From assembly GCA_947627315.1 (NCBI GenBank), contig CANQVN010000002.1:1-45806 (forward strand): DNA of 45,806 nt. Reading direction: 5' to 3'. Of the stretch, positions 28,206 to 37,469 are shown in pieces. The position numbers and the translations under genes were made by a program. The stretch's first letter is position 1; each line of letters opens with the position of its first letter. Source of the stretch: an uncultured Clostridia bacterium. Its GTDB lineage: Bacteria > Bacillota > Clostridia > Oscillospirales > QAKW01. The notes beneath the pieces were generated by a model. The model searched no databases. It was not told the DNA's origin and worked only from the letters and a program-made list of their open reading frames with translations.

Positions 28206-28929
28206 GTGTAGTTCCTCCTTTATGTACTATCGTGCCTATTTTCTCGCCTTTCAGGGCGCGTTCGATATTATTTGGATCGGATAAATCAAACACAAGAATG
28301 GGGATATTGTTGTCGTTGCACATAGCCGCCGCGGGCATATCCATAACCTTAAGCTCGTCTTTGAGCACGTCTATAAAGCTAAGCTCCGCATAACGCTTGG
28401 CGGCAGGGTCTTTTTTCGGGTCGGCGGTATAAACGCCGTCGACATTGGTAGCCTTAAAAATAATCTCCGCCTCGACCTCCGCGGCGCGAAGCGCGGCGCA
28501 GGTATCTGTTGAAAAGAAGGGGTTGCCTGTGCCGCAGCCGAATATAACCACCCTGCCCTTTTCAAGATGACGAACCGCCTTGTTGCGTATATACGGCTCG
28601 GCTATCTGCCGCATTTCAATCGCCGTTTGCACGCGCGCGTCAACGCCCACCTGCGACAGACCGTCAAGCAGCGTCAGCGCGTTCATCGCGGTGGCAAGCA
28701 TACCTATATGGTCGGCTCTGGTGCGATCCATATGTCCGTTGCTCCTGCCGCGCCAGTAGTTACCGCCGCCGACAACGATTGCTATCTGCGCGCCAAGCTC
28801 GACGCAGTGCTTTATTGTTTCGGAAATTTTCAGAACATAATCAAAATCTATTCCGCTTCCGTTTGCGCCGGAAAGCGCCTCGCCGCTGAGCTTCAGCAAA
28901 ATGCGTTTATACTTCAGCTTATTATCCAT
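28195..28929 (-). CDS. pyrH: UMP kinase
   Basis: [19 protein letters not shown](Y)WRG and FSTDT(C)AALRA motifs. Its 3' end overlaps the frr start by 11 nt. Confidence 0.95.
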   Translation of the reverse strand: MDNKLKYKRILLKLSGEALSGANGSGIDFDYVLKISETIKHCVELGAQIAIVVGGGNYWRGRSNGHMDRTRADHIGMLATAMNALTLLDGLSQVGVDARVQTAIEMRQIAEPYIRNKAVRHLEKGRVVIFGCGTGNPFFSTDTCAALRAAEVEAEIIFKATNVDGVYTADPKKDPAAKRYAELSFIDVLKDELKVMDMPAAAMCNDNNIPILVFDLSDPNNIERALKGEKIGTIVHKGGTTHVD

Positions 28930-28962
28930 TGTTTTTCTCCCTAAACAACATTTATATATATA

Positions 28963-28991
28963 ATAATATTAAATAATTATTCTTTTGTAAA
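28963..28991 (-). promoter_or_regulatory. Predicted sigma-A promoter of the pyrH...pfkA array
   Basis: On the minus strand: TTTACA (28991-28986), 17 nt, TATTAT (28968-28963). It sits in the only gap longer than 61 nt within the 25-gene co-directional block. Confidence 0.45.
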
Positions 28992-29017
28992 TAGAAAACG
29001 GTAAATTCTGAAAAAAT

Positions 29018-29965
29018 TCATCGTATACACAGCGTCCGTCTCAGCTTTTCAAGCGCTTTTTCAAAATAATCGGGAAGCTCGCTGTCAAACAACATAAGCT
29101 TACCTGTCGACGGGTGGATAAAGCCGAGCGTTTTGGCGTGAAGACACTGCCCTTCAAAATCGGTCTTTTGTTTTGACGGTCCGTAAACCGTGTCGCCCAA
29201 AAGCGGATGACCGATATCGGACATATGCACCCTTATCTGGTGTGTACGCCCCGTCTCAAGAACGCATTTTATATAGCTGAATCCCGAAAACTGTTCTATG
29301 ACCTCGTAGTGAGTCACGGCGTTCTTTGCGTTTGCAGCACCCCGACTGGTCATTTTCTTTCGTAAAACGCTGTTCCTTCCGATAGGTCTGTCGATAACGC
29401 CGACCGGCTCGCGAAATCCGCCGTAAACAACCGCGCGGTATTCCCGCAAAACGGAATGCTCCTTGAACTGCGCCGCAAGGCTGATATGCGCCGCGTCGTT
29501 TTTCGCGGCAACGATAAGCCCGCTCGTGTCCTTATCAATTCTATGTACGATGCCGGGGCGCATAACCCCGTTTATACCGGACAGACTGCCCTTGCAGTGA
29601 TACATAAGTGCGTTTACAAGCGTGCCGCTCAGATTTCCGTGCGCGGGATGAACGACCATCCCCTTTGGCTTGTTCACAACCACAACGTCGCTGTCCTCAA
29701 ATACGATATCAAGCGGGATGTCCTCGGGAGCAGCGTCATATTCAACGGGTTCGGGAAGCCGGACGACAATACTGTCCCCGTTTTGAGGGCAATAGTTTTT
29801 TTTGACCGTACTGCCGTTTACCGTTACGCTGCCGCCTTCGATGAGCGAGACTATTCTGCTTCTTGTAAAATCCGGCAGACGCAAACAAAGCAGCTTGTCC
29901 AATCTTGTAAAGCTGCCTTGCGCGTCCGCCGTAAATTCAATTTTCCCGAGTTTGTCCGCTTTCAT
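29018..29965 (-). CDS. rluD: RluA-family 23S rRNA pseudouridine synthase (RluD-like) with N-terminal S4 domain
   Basis: HRIDKDTSGL catalytic motif, KxY(R)AVV and an HQIRVH motif. I chose the ATG at 29965 rather than the TTG at 30007. It overlaps the lspA 3' end. Confidence 0.88.
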   Translation of the reverse strand: MKADKLGKIEFTADAQGSFTRLDKLLCLRLPDFTRSRIVSLIEGGSVTVNGSTVKKNYCPQNGDSIVVRLPEPVEYDAAPEDIPLDIVFEDSDVVVVNKPKGMVVHPAHGNLSGTLVNALMYHCKGSLSGINGVMRPGIVHRIDKDTSGLIVAAKNDAAHISLAAQFKEHSVLREYRAVVYGGFREPVGVIDRPIGRNSVLRKKMTSRGAANAKNAVTHYEVIEQFSGFSYIKCVLETGRTHQIRVHMSDIGHPLLGDTVYGPSKQKTDFEGQCLHAKTLGFIHPSTGKLMLFDSELPDYFEKALEKLRRTLCIR

Positions 29966-30464
29966 CGTCTTTCCTGCCGCCGTGCATAAAAATGTAGTAA
30001 ATGGCAAACATCAGAGTGCCGAAGGTGACAAATATATCGGCTACGTTAAATATAAAATCAAAATATCTTATCTGAAACTGAAAAAAGTCGACGACCTCTC
30101 CGTAAGCCAGGCGATCAATCATATTTCCGATACCGCCGCCGAGAATAAAAACGAGTGAAATATTCGCAAAAGCGCTTTTGAACTTATACGCGGCAAGCAG
30201 CCAGACCACAATTACTATCACCGCCGCGGTGAAAACGATAAATACCCAGCGCGCGTCGGCCAGTATGCCCAGCCCCGCGCCCCTGTTTCTGACATAGTTC
30301 AAATTAAAAAAGCCGGGGATTAAAATATGCTCGTCATACAGCTCCATATTTTTCACCACAAGCCGCTTTGTAAGCTGGTCGATAAAAACTATAAGCGCCG
30401 TGGCGACAATCCACACAAGGTTACGCAAAACAGGCTTTTTTCCGAAAACGTCAATCATACTCAC
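29937..30464 (-). CDS. lspA: Lipoprotein signal peptidase (signal peptidase II)
   Basis: DQLTK, NRGAGLG, GGGIGNMIDR and FNVAD motifs. The start is either the GTG at 30464 or the ATG at 30458. Confidence 0.9.
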   Translation of the reverse strand: MSMIDVFGKKPVLRNLVWIVATALIVFIDQLTKRLVVKNMELYDEHILIPGFFNLNYVRNRGAGLGILADARWVFIVFTAAVIVIVVWLLAAYKFKSAFANISLVFILGGGIGNMIDRLAYGEVVDFFQFQIRYFDFIFNVADIFVTFGTLMFAIYYIFMHGGRKDDESGQTREN

Positions 30465-31276
30465 TCGTCTTTATTTAAATCAAAATCAGTTCCGAACTTC
30501 AGCCCCTGAAATTTCAGGTTGGGTTCAGGCGCATCGGCGCTTTTTTCAGGCTCGGGCTTTGTGTCTATCACAAACTCCGCCGTCTTTTCGCCGCCGACGT
30601 GAACGGGAACAGGCTCTTCCTTTTCCGGCTCGGCTGAGGGAAAAACCGAAGGCTCCGGCTTTATCTCAGGCTCGGGTCGCTTTTCCGGAGGTGAGACCGG
30701 CGGCTTCTTTTCCTCTGCCGGCTCCGGCTTTTCGGACGGAAGAGTGTTTATCGAGTTGAGATGCAACTTATACAGCTTAAGCAATCTTTCCTTGAAATCG
30801 GAAACTTCTTTTTTTATGTGACGCAGCGCCTGCTCCTCTTTTTGAACGCTGCGGCGTATTTCCTCAATTTTGACGGCGGCTTCCGCCTCGCGGCTTTGTA
30901 TTGATTTTTCCATATCAAGCTTTGCCTTGGCGATAATGCCTTCCGCCTCCGCCTTTGCCTCGGAAATAATCCTGTCCGCCGTTTCCTTGGCAGACTTTTC
31001 AGACTGCCTTTCGCGCTCCTCTATATTGCGAAGCGTGTTTTCATTTAACTTTTCCGCGTTGATTATCGCGGATTTTAAAAACTCCTCGTCTTTTCTGTAT
31101 TCCTCGATTTTTGAAACGCACACCTTCAGCTTTTTCACAAGCTCGGAATTTTCGGTGACAAGCCTTTCATAGTCGTCCGCCACCTGTGCAAAAAAGCTGT
31201 CGACGCTCTCGCGCTTATAGCCCCCCAAAACGCTGACGTCAAATTCCTGAGAACGGATTTGATTAGGATTAAGCAT
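30461..31276 (-). CDS. divIVA: DivIVA-domain protein with a long Pro/Glu-rich C-terminal extension
   Basis: N-terminal IRSQEFDVSVLGGYKRESVDSFF lipid-binding domain, then a coiled coil, then a PE-rich tail. AGGGGG RBS. Confidence 0.85.
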   Translation of the reverse strand: MLNPNQIRSQEFDVSVLGGYKRESVDSFFAQVADDYERLVTENSELVKKLKVCVSKIEEYRKDEEFLKSAIINAEKLNENTLRNIEERERQSEKSAKETADRIISEAKAEAEGIIAKAKLDMEKSIQSREAEAAVKIEEIRRSVQKEEQALRHIKKEVSDFKERLLKLYKLHLNSINTLPSEKPEPAEEKKPPVSPPEKRPEPEIKPEPSVFPSAEPEKEEPVPVHVGGEKTAEFVIDTKPEPEKSADAPEPNLKFQGLKFGTDFDLNKDE

Positions 31277-31287
31277 ACCTAAACCCC

Positions 31288-32022
31288 CTAAATATATTTG
31301 AATATCCTAAGCTTTATTCTTTCTTTTTTTGTAACGCCGACAGGCTCGCCTATGCGGAATTTCCCGCGGCGGCGAATCGAGACTGTGTCGCCTGTCTGAA
31401 CGGCGGCGTCCTTTTTATCGCATAAAACTCCGTTTAGCGATACATATCCCTGCGCGATAAGCTCCGCCGATAGGGTGCGGGAACAGGGCGCAAGCGCGGA
31501 CACGACGCAGTCGAGCCGCATAGAGCTTACGCTCAAAGTCATCTGCTCATAAGCCCGCTTAAAGCCGATTTTCCCCTCGTATTCCCTCAGAGAAACCGTA
31601 AGATTTGAAACCGAGGTAAGCTCGCGCATTATAAATTCGGCAATCGAAGTGTCTGCGAAAATACAGCAGACCCCGTCGAAAAAAATAATATCGCCGATAA
31701 ACTCGCGTTTAACGCCAAGCGCCATGACGGCGCCAAGCACGTCCCTGTGCGTAATCTCGCCGCGCGGGCAGTCAAACGCAAGCGCGGTTATGGGAAACCA
31801 CACGCTCTCCGGCATCGCGTAATCACAAAGAGATATCATCTTACGCTCCGCATCGTCATAGCCGCCAAACGCCGCGAAAAGCAGACCGCTCTTTTCAGCC
31901 AAAGCATACGCCGCCGCAAACTCACTCTCGCTGAAAAAGCGCGTGAAAGACAATCCGTCGCGGCGAGCGGCATCAATATAATCGCCCATCCTTGAAGCGA
32001 GCATTTTCGATTTATCCAGCAT
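31288..32022 (-). CDS. ylmH: YlmH-like RNA-binding protein (S4 domain)
   Basis: 244 aa with a C-terminal S4-like domain (RLDCVVSALAPCSRTLSAELIAQGYVSLNG). Lies between yggT and divIVA, as in the ylm cluster. Confidence 0.78.
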   Translation of the reverse strand: MLDKSKMLASRMGDYIDAARRDGLSFTRFFSESEFAAAYALAEKSGLLFAAFGGYDDAERKMISLCDYAMPESVWFPITALAFDCPRGEITHRDVLGAVMALGVKREFIGDIIFFDGVCCIFADTSIAEFIMRELTSVSNLTVSLREYEGKIGFKRAYEQMTLSVSSMRLDCVVSALAPCSRTLSAELIAQGYVSLNGVLCDKKDAAVQTGDTVSIRRRGKFRIGEPVGVTKKERIKLRIFKYI

Positions 32023-32023
32023 A

Positions 32024-32287
32024 TCAGAGCAGCGACAAAATCACATTACAGATTATGAATACGATAAGAACCGAAAAATCTATCGGACAGTTTCTGAAAA
32101 ACGAAAACCTGTTCAAAATACTGCGCACGGGAAAAACAACCGGTGAAACGATTTTATCGAGAACACGCATAAAACCGTTAAACGGGTCTCTGATTATCCA
32201 GGACGAGACGCAGTATACGACAAGTACGAACTCATACGCCGAAACTATGATATAAGCTAAAATTCTGCAAGCAAGAAAAAGGTTCAT
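32024..32287 (-). CDS. yggT: YggT/YlmG family membrane protein
   Basis: 87 aa with two TM segments, conserved ylm cluster position, and an SWI(I)RDP-type motif. Confidence 0.82.
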   Translation of the reverse strand: MNLFLACRILAYIIVSAYEFVLVVYCVSSWIIRDPFNGFMRVLDKIVSPVVFPVRSILNRFSFFRNCPIDFSVLIVFIICNVILSLL

Positions 32288-32289
32288 TA

Positions 32290-32727
32290 TCAGAAATCAA
32301 ACCCGTCCGCGTTAAGCCTGTCAAGCTCGTCCCCTTTGATATCGACATTATAAGGCGTGATGATATACGTCCTGTTGGCGACACGCTTGATATTGCCGCC
32401 CTGAGCATATGCGACGCCGCTGAGAAAATCTATCAGCCTGCGGGACAGGTCCTTATTGAGATTTTCAATGTTGAGCAAAACCGTCCGCTTAGAGATGAGA
32501 TTGTCCGCTATATCGCGCGCATCTTCAAACTCCTCCGGCTTGACAAGAACCACCTGAAGCTGAGCTGTCGTATTGATTATGTTCGGCTGGGTCTTATCCC
32601 TGCCTATGCTGTGTACCCGCGCCGACGGAGCGTCCTCACCCAAATCAATAGGATCGTAATTGGGATCGTCGATATCTGTCTCACCTTCAACACCGGCAAA
32701 TTTTTTGAGATGATCCATAAAGCTCAT
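32290..32727 (-). CDS. sepF: Cell division protein SepF (YlmF)
   Basis: 145 aa. The C-terminal SepF domain reads VVLVKPEEFEDARDIADNLISKRTVLLNIENL...RLIDFLSG. Confidence 0.9.
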   Translation of the reverse strand: MSFMDHLKKFAGVEGETDIDDPNYDPIDLGEDAPSARVHSIGRDKTQPNIINTTAQLQVVLVKPEEFEDARDIADNLISKRTVLLNIENLNKDLSRRLIDFLSGVAYAQGGNIKRVANRTYIITPYNVDIKGDELDRLNADGFDF

Positions 32728-32730
32728 ATC

Positions 32731-33411
32731 CTATACCTCCTTATTTTTTCTTTGCCCGAATATTTTTGTACCGATACGTACCATGGTCGCGCCGCAGTCG
32801 ATTGCCGTTTTGTAATCGCCCGACATTCCCATAGAAAGCATATCCATACTTATATTATCTATGTTTTTATTATTAATGTCAACCATCATTTTTCTAAGAG
32901 AGTTAAAAAATTTGCTGTTTTCACCCGCATACGTTTCAGGGGACGGTATACACATAAGTCCGCGCACCCGAATATTGTCAAGCTGTGCCAGCGATTTTAC
33001 AAGCTCCATAAGCTCATCCGGCTTAACCCCGCCCTTGCTCTCCTGCCCGGAAATATTGACCTCAACAAGAACATCCTGCACAATCCCCGCCTTTTGGGCA
33101 TATTTATCCACCGTTTGCCCGAGCTTCAGGCTGTCGACCGAGTGAATTAAATCGACCTTGCCGATGATATACTTCACCTTATTTGTCTGAAGCCTTCCTA
33201 TAAGGTGAACCTCAACCCCGTCAAGATTAAGCTTATCATATTTTTCCATAAGCTCCTGCACGCGGTTTTCGCCAATCGCCGTGACGCCGCAGGATATAGC
33301 CTCGTTTATAACGTCTACGGGGACCGTTTTTGTAACGGCAATCAGCTTTACACCCCTGCTTTCGGTCTCGGAAATGAGCCGGGTTATGACGTTTTTCATA
33401 TCTTCGTTCAT
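32731..33411 (-). CDS. yggS: YggS/YlmE-family pyridoxal phosphate homeostasis protein
   Basis: LIAVTKT (PLP lysine), HLIGRLQTNKVK, SMGMSGD(Y) and RIGT(K)IFG motifs. Confidence 0.9.
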   Translation of the reverse strand: MNEDMKNVITRLISETESRGVKLIAVTKTVPVDVINEAISCGVTAIGENRVQELMEKYDKLNLDGVEVHLIGRLQTNKVKYIIGKVDLIHSVDSLKLGQTVDKYAQKAGIVQDVLVEVNISGQESKGGVKPDELMELVKSLAQLDNIRVRGLMCIPSPETYAGENSKFFNSLRKMMVDINNKNIDNISMDMLSMGMSGDYKTAIDCGATMVRIGTKIFGQRKNKEV

Positions 33412-34625
33412 GATACCACCTTCCCATCATACAGGTTTACGCCTTTTATTACGACCTCGTCGAACGCCTGAAGCCCCGACAGCGGGTCATACTTTACGAC
33501 GGCGTAGGTCGAGCCAATGTAAATCACTTCAACTTTACAGTATTTTATGAGTCCGTTGCGTTCGACGTAGACGCCGTCCTCTCCGTCAAGCTTGCGAAGC
33601 GCATTTTTATCGACTCGAAGTCCGCGGTAGGTCGCTGTAATCACGTCTATCTCACAGCAGCGCTGCGAAAGGATATCGCCCGACACCATATTTGACTGTA
33701 AAACGACATAGGTAAACTGACCGTCGGAAAATATCTGTGAGATTTCACATTTGATTTTAGCGTCGGTCACGGAAGGCATTCTGATATAAACGGCGTCGCC
33801 CGCCGACAGCCGCTCAAACTTGGGGCTGTCGCTCTTAAAGCAGGCGCGCCAGGTCGAGCCGTCCACCAGCTTGCCGATAGTACCCTGCGGCACGGTGCCC
33901 GAGCTTTCGCAGCAGGCTGAAATCTGCGCGAAGCTGTCGGAAGTCAGCTCATCCGCCGCGGAAAGCGACAGAGAGCTTTCCAGTCCGTCGGTCTTGCTTA
34001 CGTAATATCCCGATTTAGGAGCCGTTATATAGTTTACAACCGAGCCGGAGGTGATTTTCATCTCCTCTATCTGCCGTTCAAGCTCGGACAGAGTATCGGA
34101 ATAATCGGTTATTTCACCGCTTGATATTTTGTTTTTAATGACGCTTGCGGTAAAATCTGCGGCGTTTTCAAACGCATCGGACACATTGGCGCGCATAACG
34201 TTGCCGGAGACGCCCAGCATACTCTTGCGTATATCTTCAACATACGCCTTTCCCTCCGAAAACGCGGCGGAGGAGGACATAGCCGCCCGTATCTCCTCGG
34301 CGCGGCTTTCAAGCTCGCGGATAACGCTCTGGTTTTTCGCCGCGGTCTCATCGGAATATACATTTGCAATCCTGCCCTGACGCGCCACCTTATCGCCGCT
34401 TTTAACGGTAATGTCGATATATTTTGAATTGGAAGCGGTAATAACAGACTCGTCGCGCAGAAAATAGCCTGTCGCTTTAACCGTGTCCTCACACTCGATA
34501 ACGGTGGCATATTCGGTAGACGCCGCAACGTAGAAATAGCTGTAAAGCTGATAAACCGCGACTATTGCCGCCACTACGGCGAAAATACCGAGCAGAAATT
34601 TCGCAATGTTAAATTTAAGTCTCAC
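33408..34625 (-). CDS. Membrane-fusion-protein-like (HlyD family) protein with an N-terminal membrane anchor and no adjacent transporter
   Basis: N-terminal TM (FLLGIFAVVAAIVAVYQLY). Lipoyl-like hairpin (VKATGYFLRDE...VKSGDKVARQGRIANVY...ITAPKSGYYV) flanks a coiled-coil region. I chose the GTG at 34625 (GGAGG RBS 6 nt upstream) rather than 34661. Confidence 0.6.
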   Translation of the reverse strand: MRLKFNIAKFLLGIFAVVAAIVAVYQLYSYFYVAASTEYATVIECEDTVKATGYFLRDESVITASNSKYIDITVKSGDKVARQGRIANVYSDETAAKNQSVIRELESRAEEIRAAMSSSAAFSEGKAYVEDIRKSMLGVSGNVMRANVSDAFENAADFTASVIKNKISSGEITDYSDTLSELERQIEEMKITSGSVVNYITAPKSGYYVSKTDGLESSLSLSAADELTSDSFAQISACCESSGTVPQGTIGKLVDGSTWRACFKSDSPKFERLSAGDAVYIRMPSVTDAKIKCEISQIFSDGQFTYVVLQSNMVSGDILSQRCCEIDVITATYRGLRVDKNALRKLDGEDGVYVERNGLIKYCKVEVIYIGSTYAVVKYDPLSGLQAFDEVVIKGVNLYDGKVVS

Positions 34626-35559
34626 AGTAATCCTCCACAACCTTAACGGCGGCGTTTGCAAGCTTGACCGGGTCGAAATCTATTTCCGTGCTGTCGGGAT
34701 AGAGCCAGTGTATCTCCCTGTTTTTTCTGAACCATGTAAGCTGGCGCTTGGCATAGTTGCGGGTGCGTCTGCAAATTGTCTGAATCGCGCTCTCACGGTC
34801 AATTTTACCGCAGATAAGGTCAAACATCTCGCTGTATCCTATCGCCGCGCGGGCTGTCTTTGAAAGATCGAGCTTCACAATAGCCCTCGCCTCGTCTTCA
34901 AGCCCTTTTTCAAGCATTGCCGCGACACGGTCGTTAATGCGCCGATACAAAATCTCTCTTGAAAGAAAGTCAAGCCCGATAAAGAGAGCGTTGTACCTGC
35001 GCCGCCGTCTGCTCTCACGCTGTACCTGCGCCATTGTCCTGCCGGTGAGCTTATACACCTCCAGCGCGCGGATGACGCGCTTTACGTCGTTCGGATGCAG
35101 TCGTCCCGCAGTCTCCGCGTCAACCTCACAGAGCATTTTATAAAGGCTGTCCGCCCCGCTTTGCTCCGACATACGCTTTAAGCTTTCGCGGTATTCAAAG
35201 TCGTTTTTTATATCAATAAAATCTATATTGTTTACAAGACTGTCAATATAAAGCCCCGTTCCTCCGGCAAGTATCGGCAGCCGCCCGCGCGACATAACGC
35301 CGTCTATACATTCTCCCGCCTCCTTGACGTAGCGGGAGACGCTGTACTGCTCGCTCACCGAAACAACGTCCATCATATGGTGCGGTATTCCCTGCCGCTC
35401 GCGGATATCCGGCTTTGCCGTTCCGATATTCATTTCCCTGTATATCTGCATCGAATCGGCGGATATCACCTCGCCGTCAAAGCGTTTTGCAAGCTCGACT
35501 GCCAGCGCGGTTTTGCCCGACGCTGTCGGTCCGCAGACCACAATGAGCAAGCCGTCCAT
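34615..35559 (-). CDS. miaA: tRNA dimethylallyltransferase
   Basis: P-loop GPTASGKT, DSMQIYREMNIGTAKP and an RQLTWFR motif. The ATG at 35559 overlaps the mutL stop (TGATG). Confidence 0.93.
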   Translation of the reverse strand: MDGLLIVVCGPTASGKTALAVELAKRFDGEVISADSMQIYREMNIGTAKPDIRERQGIPHHMMDVVSVSEQYSVSRYVKEAGECIDGVMSRGRLPILAGGTGLYIDSLVNNIDFIDIKNDFEYRESLKRMSEQSGADSLYKMLCEVDAETAGRLHPNDVKRVIRALEVYKLTGRTMAQVQRESRRRRRYNALFIGLDFLSREILYRRINDRVAAMLEKGLEDEARAIVKLDLSKTARAAIGYSEMFDLICGKIDRESAIQTICRRTRNYAKRQLTWFRKNREIHWLYPDSTEIDFDPVKLANAAVKVVEDYCET

Positions 35560-37454
35560 CACACTATCCTCTTAAACAGCTTTTCAACGCTCGCCTTTGT
35601 ATATTCGCAGATAATCGGTCTGCCGTGAGGACAGTAGTTTTCAATGCCCTCGGTAAGCATCTTTTTGATAAACTCCTGAAGCTCCCAGTCGCTGCTGTCA
35701 AAACCGGCTTTTATCGCCGCCTTGCAGGCGTAAAGCTTAAGCGTTCTGTTTTCAAATTCGGTCATATCAAGGTTTTTGCCGTCAGTCAGAAGCTCAAGCG
35801 TCTCGATAAAGCCCGAAACGGTGTCGCCGGGCGAGATTACATACGGCACGGAACGGATTATAACGTCCTGCTCGCCAAACTCGTCAAACTCATAGCCGAG
35901 CATCTCTATCTTTTCCTTGTTTTCCCGCGCGGCGGCAGCCTCCTCGGGGGAAAGGGTGACAGGCACGGCGGTCAGCAGCTGCTGGCAGTACCTCTCGCTG
36001 TTTTTGTATTTATCGTAAATTTTATCAAAGAGTATCCGCTCATGTGCGGCGTGTTTATCAATAAGATAAAAGCTGCTGCCGCTCTCAACGATAATATAGG
36101 TTTTGAACACCTCGCCCACATATCTGTACGGTACCTCCGGCTTTAGCATATACGAGTCGTCCAGCTTTTCGGGGCTGAACTTTTCGGAAAGCTCGTCTAT
36201 TTCAAGCGTCGTCTTTCTGGTAAAAAAGCCGCTGTCACGAATGTCCTTTTTACTGAGTACAAACGGCGAGCCGGAAAAAGCGGGCGGCGGCGCGTCGATC
36301 GGAACTTTATCATCATGCGGCAGCGTCATCACCTGCTGCACGGCGCCGGACGTTTCATTCCGAGTATGATTTTCCGGCTCGGTAAAATCAAACTTAAAAT
36401 GCTCGTCGCCGGTTTCTGCCGCTTCTGCCTGTCTGAAAAACGCCTCTACGCTGCGGTTTATTTGCGGCTCTCGCTCCAGCGCGTCCCGAACGGCGTAATA
36501 GACCGCGTCGAACACCGCCTTTTCATCGCTGAATTTCACCTCCGTTTTGGTGGGGTGAACATTTACGTCCACCCTGTCAAACGGCAGATTCAGCATAAGC
36601 ACGCAGACGGCGTATTTGCCGTTCATAAGCAGGTTGTGATAGGCGCGGTCGACCGCAGCCGTTATCGTCTTACTCTTGACAATGCGCCGGTTTACATAAA
36701 AGAGCTGATAGTTTCTGTTGGAGCGGCTGGCGCGCGGACTTCCGACAAGACCCGAAACGCACACCTCGTCCCCCACCCTCTCTGCCGGGATGAGACTGTC
36801 GCTTATTTCTTTTCCCAATACCGCGTAAACCGTGTCGGCAAGCTCCAGCCCGCTGTCGGTTGACAGGACGGTGCGCGAATCGGTTATCAGCTTAAACGAA
36901 ATCTGAGGGTTGCCTATCGCGAACCTGTTTACAAGCGACACTATGTTGGCATTTTCCGTCGCGTCCTTTTTCATAAAGTTCATCCGCGCCGGAGTGTTAT
37001 AAAACAAATCGCGGACAATAACGGTCGTGCCGACCGGCAGACCGACCTCGCTGCATACCTTTTCCTCGCCGCCCTCGATTATAACGCTTGCGCCGTACTG
37101 GGAAACGGTGGTCGCCGTCATAAGCTCCACCTTTGAAACGGCTGAAATCGCCGCGAGCGCCTCGCCGCGAAAGCCCATGGTGCCTATGTTAAAAAGGTCG
37201 CCCTCGTTTGAGATTTTGCTTGTGGCGTGACGCTTGAACGCGGTGCGCGCATCCTCCATTGTCATACCAAAGCCGTTGTCGGTAACTCTGATGTAGGTCT
37301 TACCGCCGTTTTTAACCTCTATCGTGATACTGTCCGCCATGCTGTCAATAGAGTTTTCCACAAGCTCCTTGACGACGCTTGCGGGACGCTCCACCACCTC
37401 GCCCGCGGCTATCATATTGGCAAGATTTTTGTCTAAGACCTTTACTCTGCCCAT
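35559..37454 (-). CDS. mutL: DNA mismatch repair protein MutL
   Basis: GHKL ATPase N-terminus IAAGEVVERPASVVKELVENSIDS, DNG(F)GM, and a C-terminal dimerisation/endonuclease region (DKHAAHERI, C(P)HGRP). Confidence 0.95.
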   Translation of the reverse strand: MGRVKVLDKNLANMIAAGEVVERPASVVKELVENSIDSMADSITIEVKNGGKTYIRVTDNGFGMTMEDARTAFKRHATSKISNEGDLFNIGTMGFRGEALAAISAVSKVELMTATTVSQYGASVIIEGGEEKVCSEVGLPVGTTVIVRDLFYNTPARMNFMKKDATENANIVSLVNRFAIGNPQISFKLITDSRTVLSTDSGLELADTVYAVLGKEISDSLIPAERVGDEVCVSGLVGSPRASRSNRNYQLFYVNRRIVKSKTITAAVDRAYHNLLMNGKYAVCVLMLNLPFDRVDVNVHPTKTEVKFSDEKAVFDAVYYAVRDALEREPQINRSVEAFFRQAEAAETGDEHFKFDFTEPENHTRNETSGAVQQVMTLPHDDKVPIDAPPPAFSGSPFVLSKKDIRDSGFFTRKTTLEIDELSEKFSPEKLDDSYMLKPEVPYRYVGEVFKTYIIVESGSSFYLIDKHAAHERILFDKIYDKYKNSERYCQQLLTAVPVTLSPEEAAAARENKEKIEMLGYEFDEFGEQDVIIRSVPYVISPGDTVSGFIETLELLTDGKNLDMTEFENRTLKLYACKAAIKAGFDSSDWELQEFIKKMLTEGIENYCPHGRPIICEYTKASVEKLFKRIV

Positions 37455-37469
37455 CGGTTTGCCCTCCGC

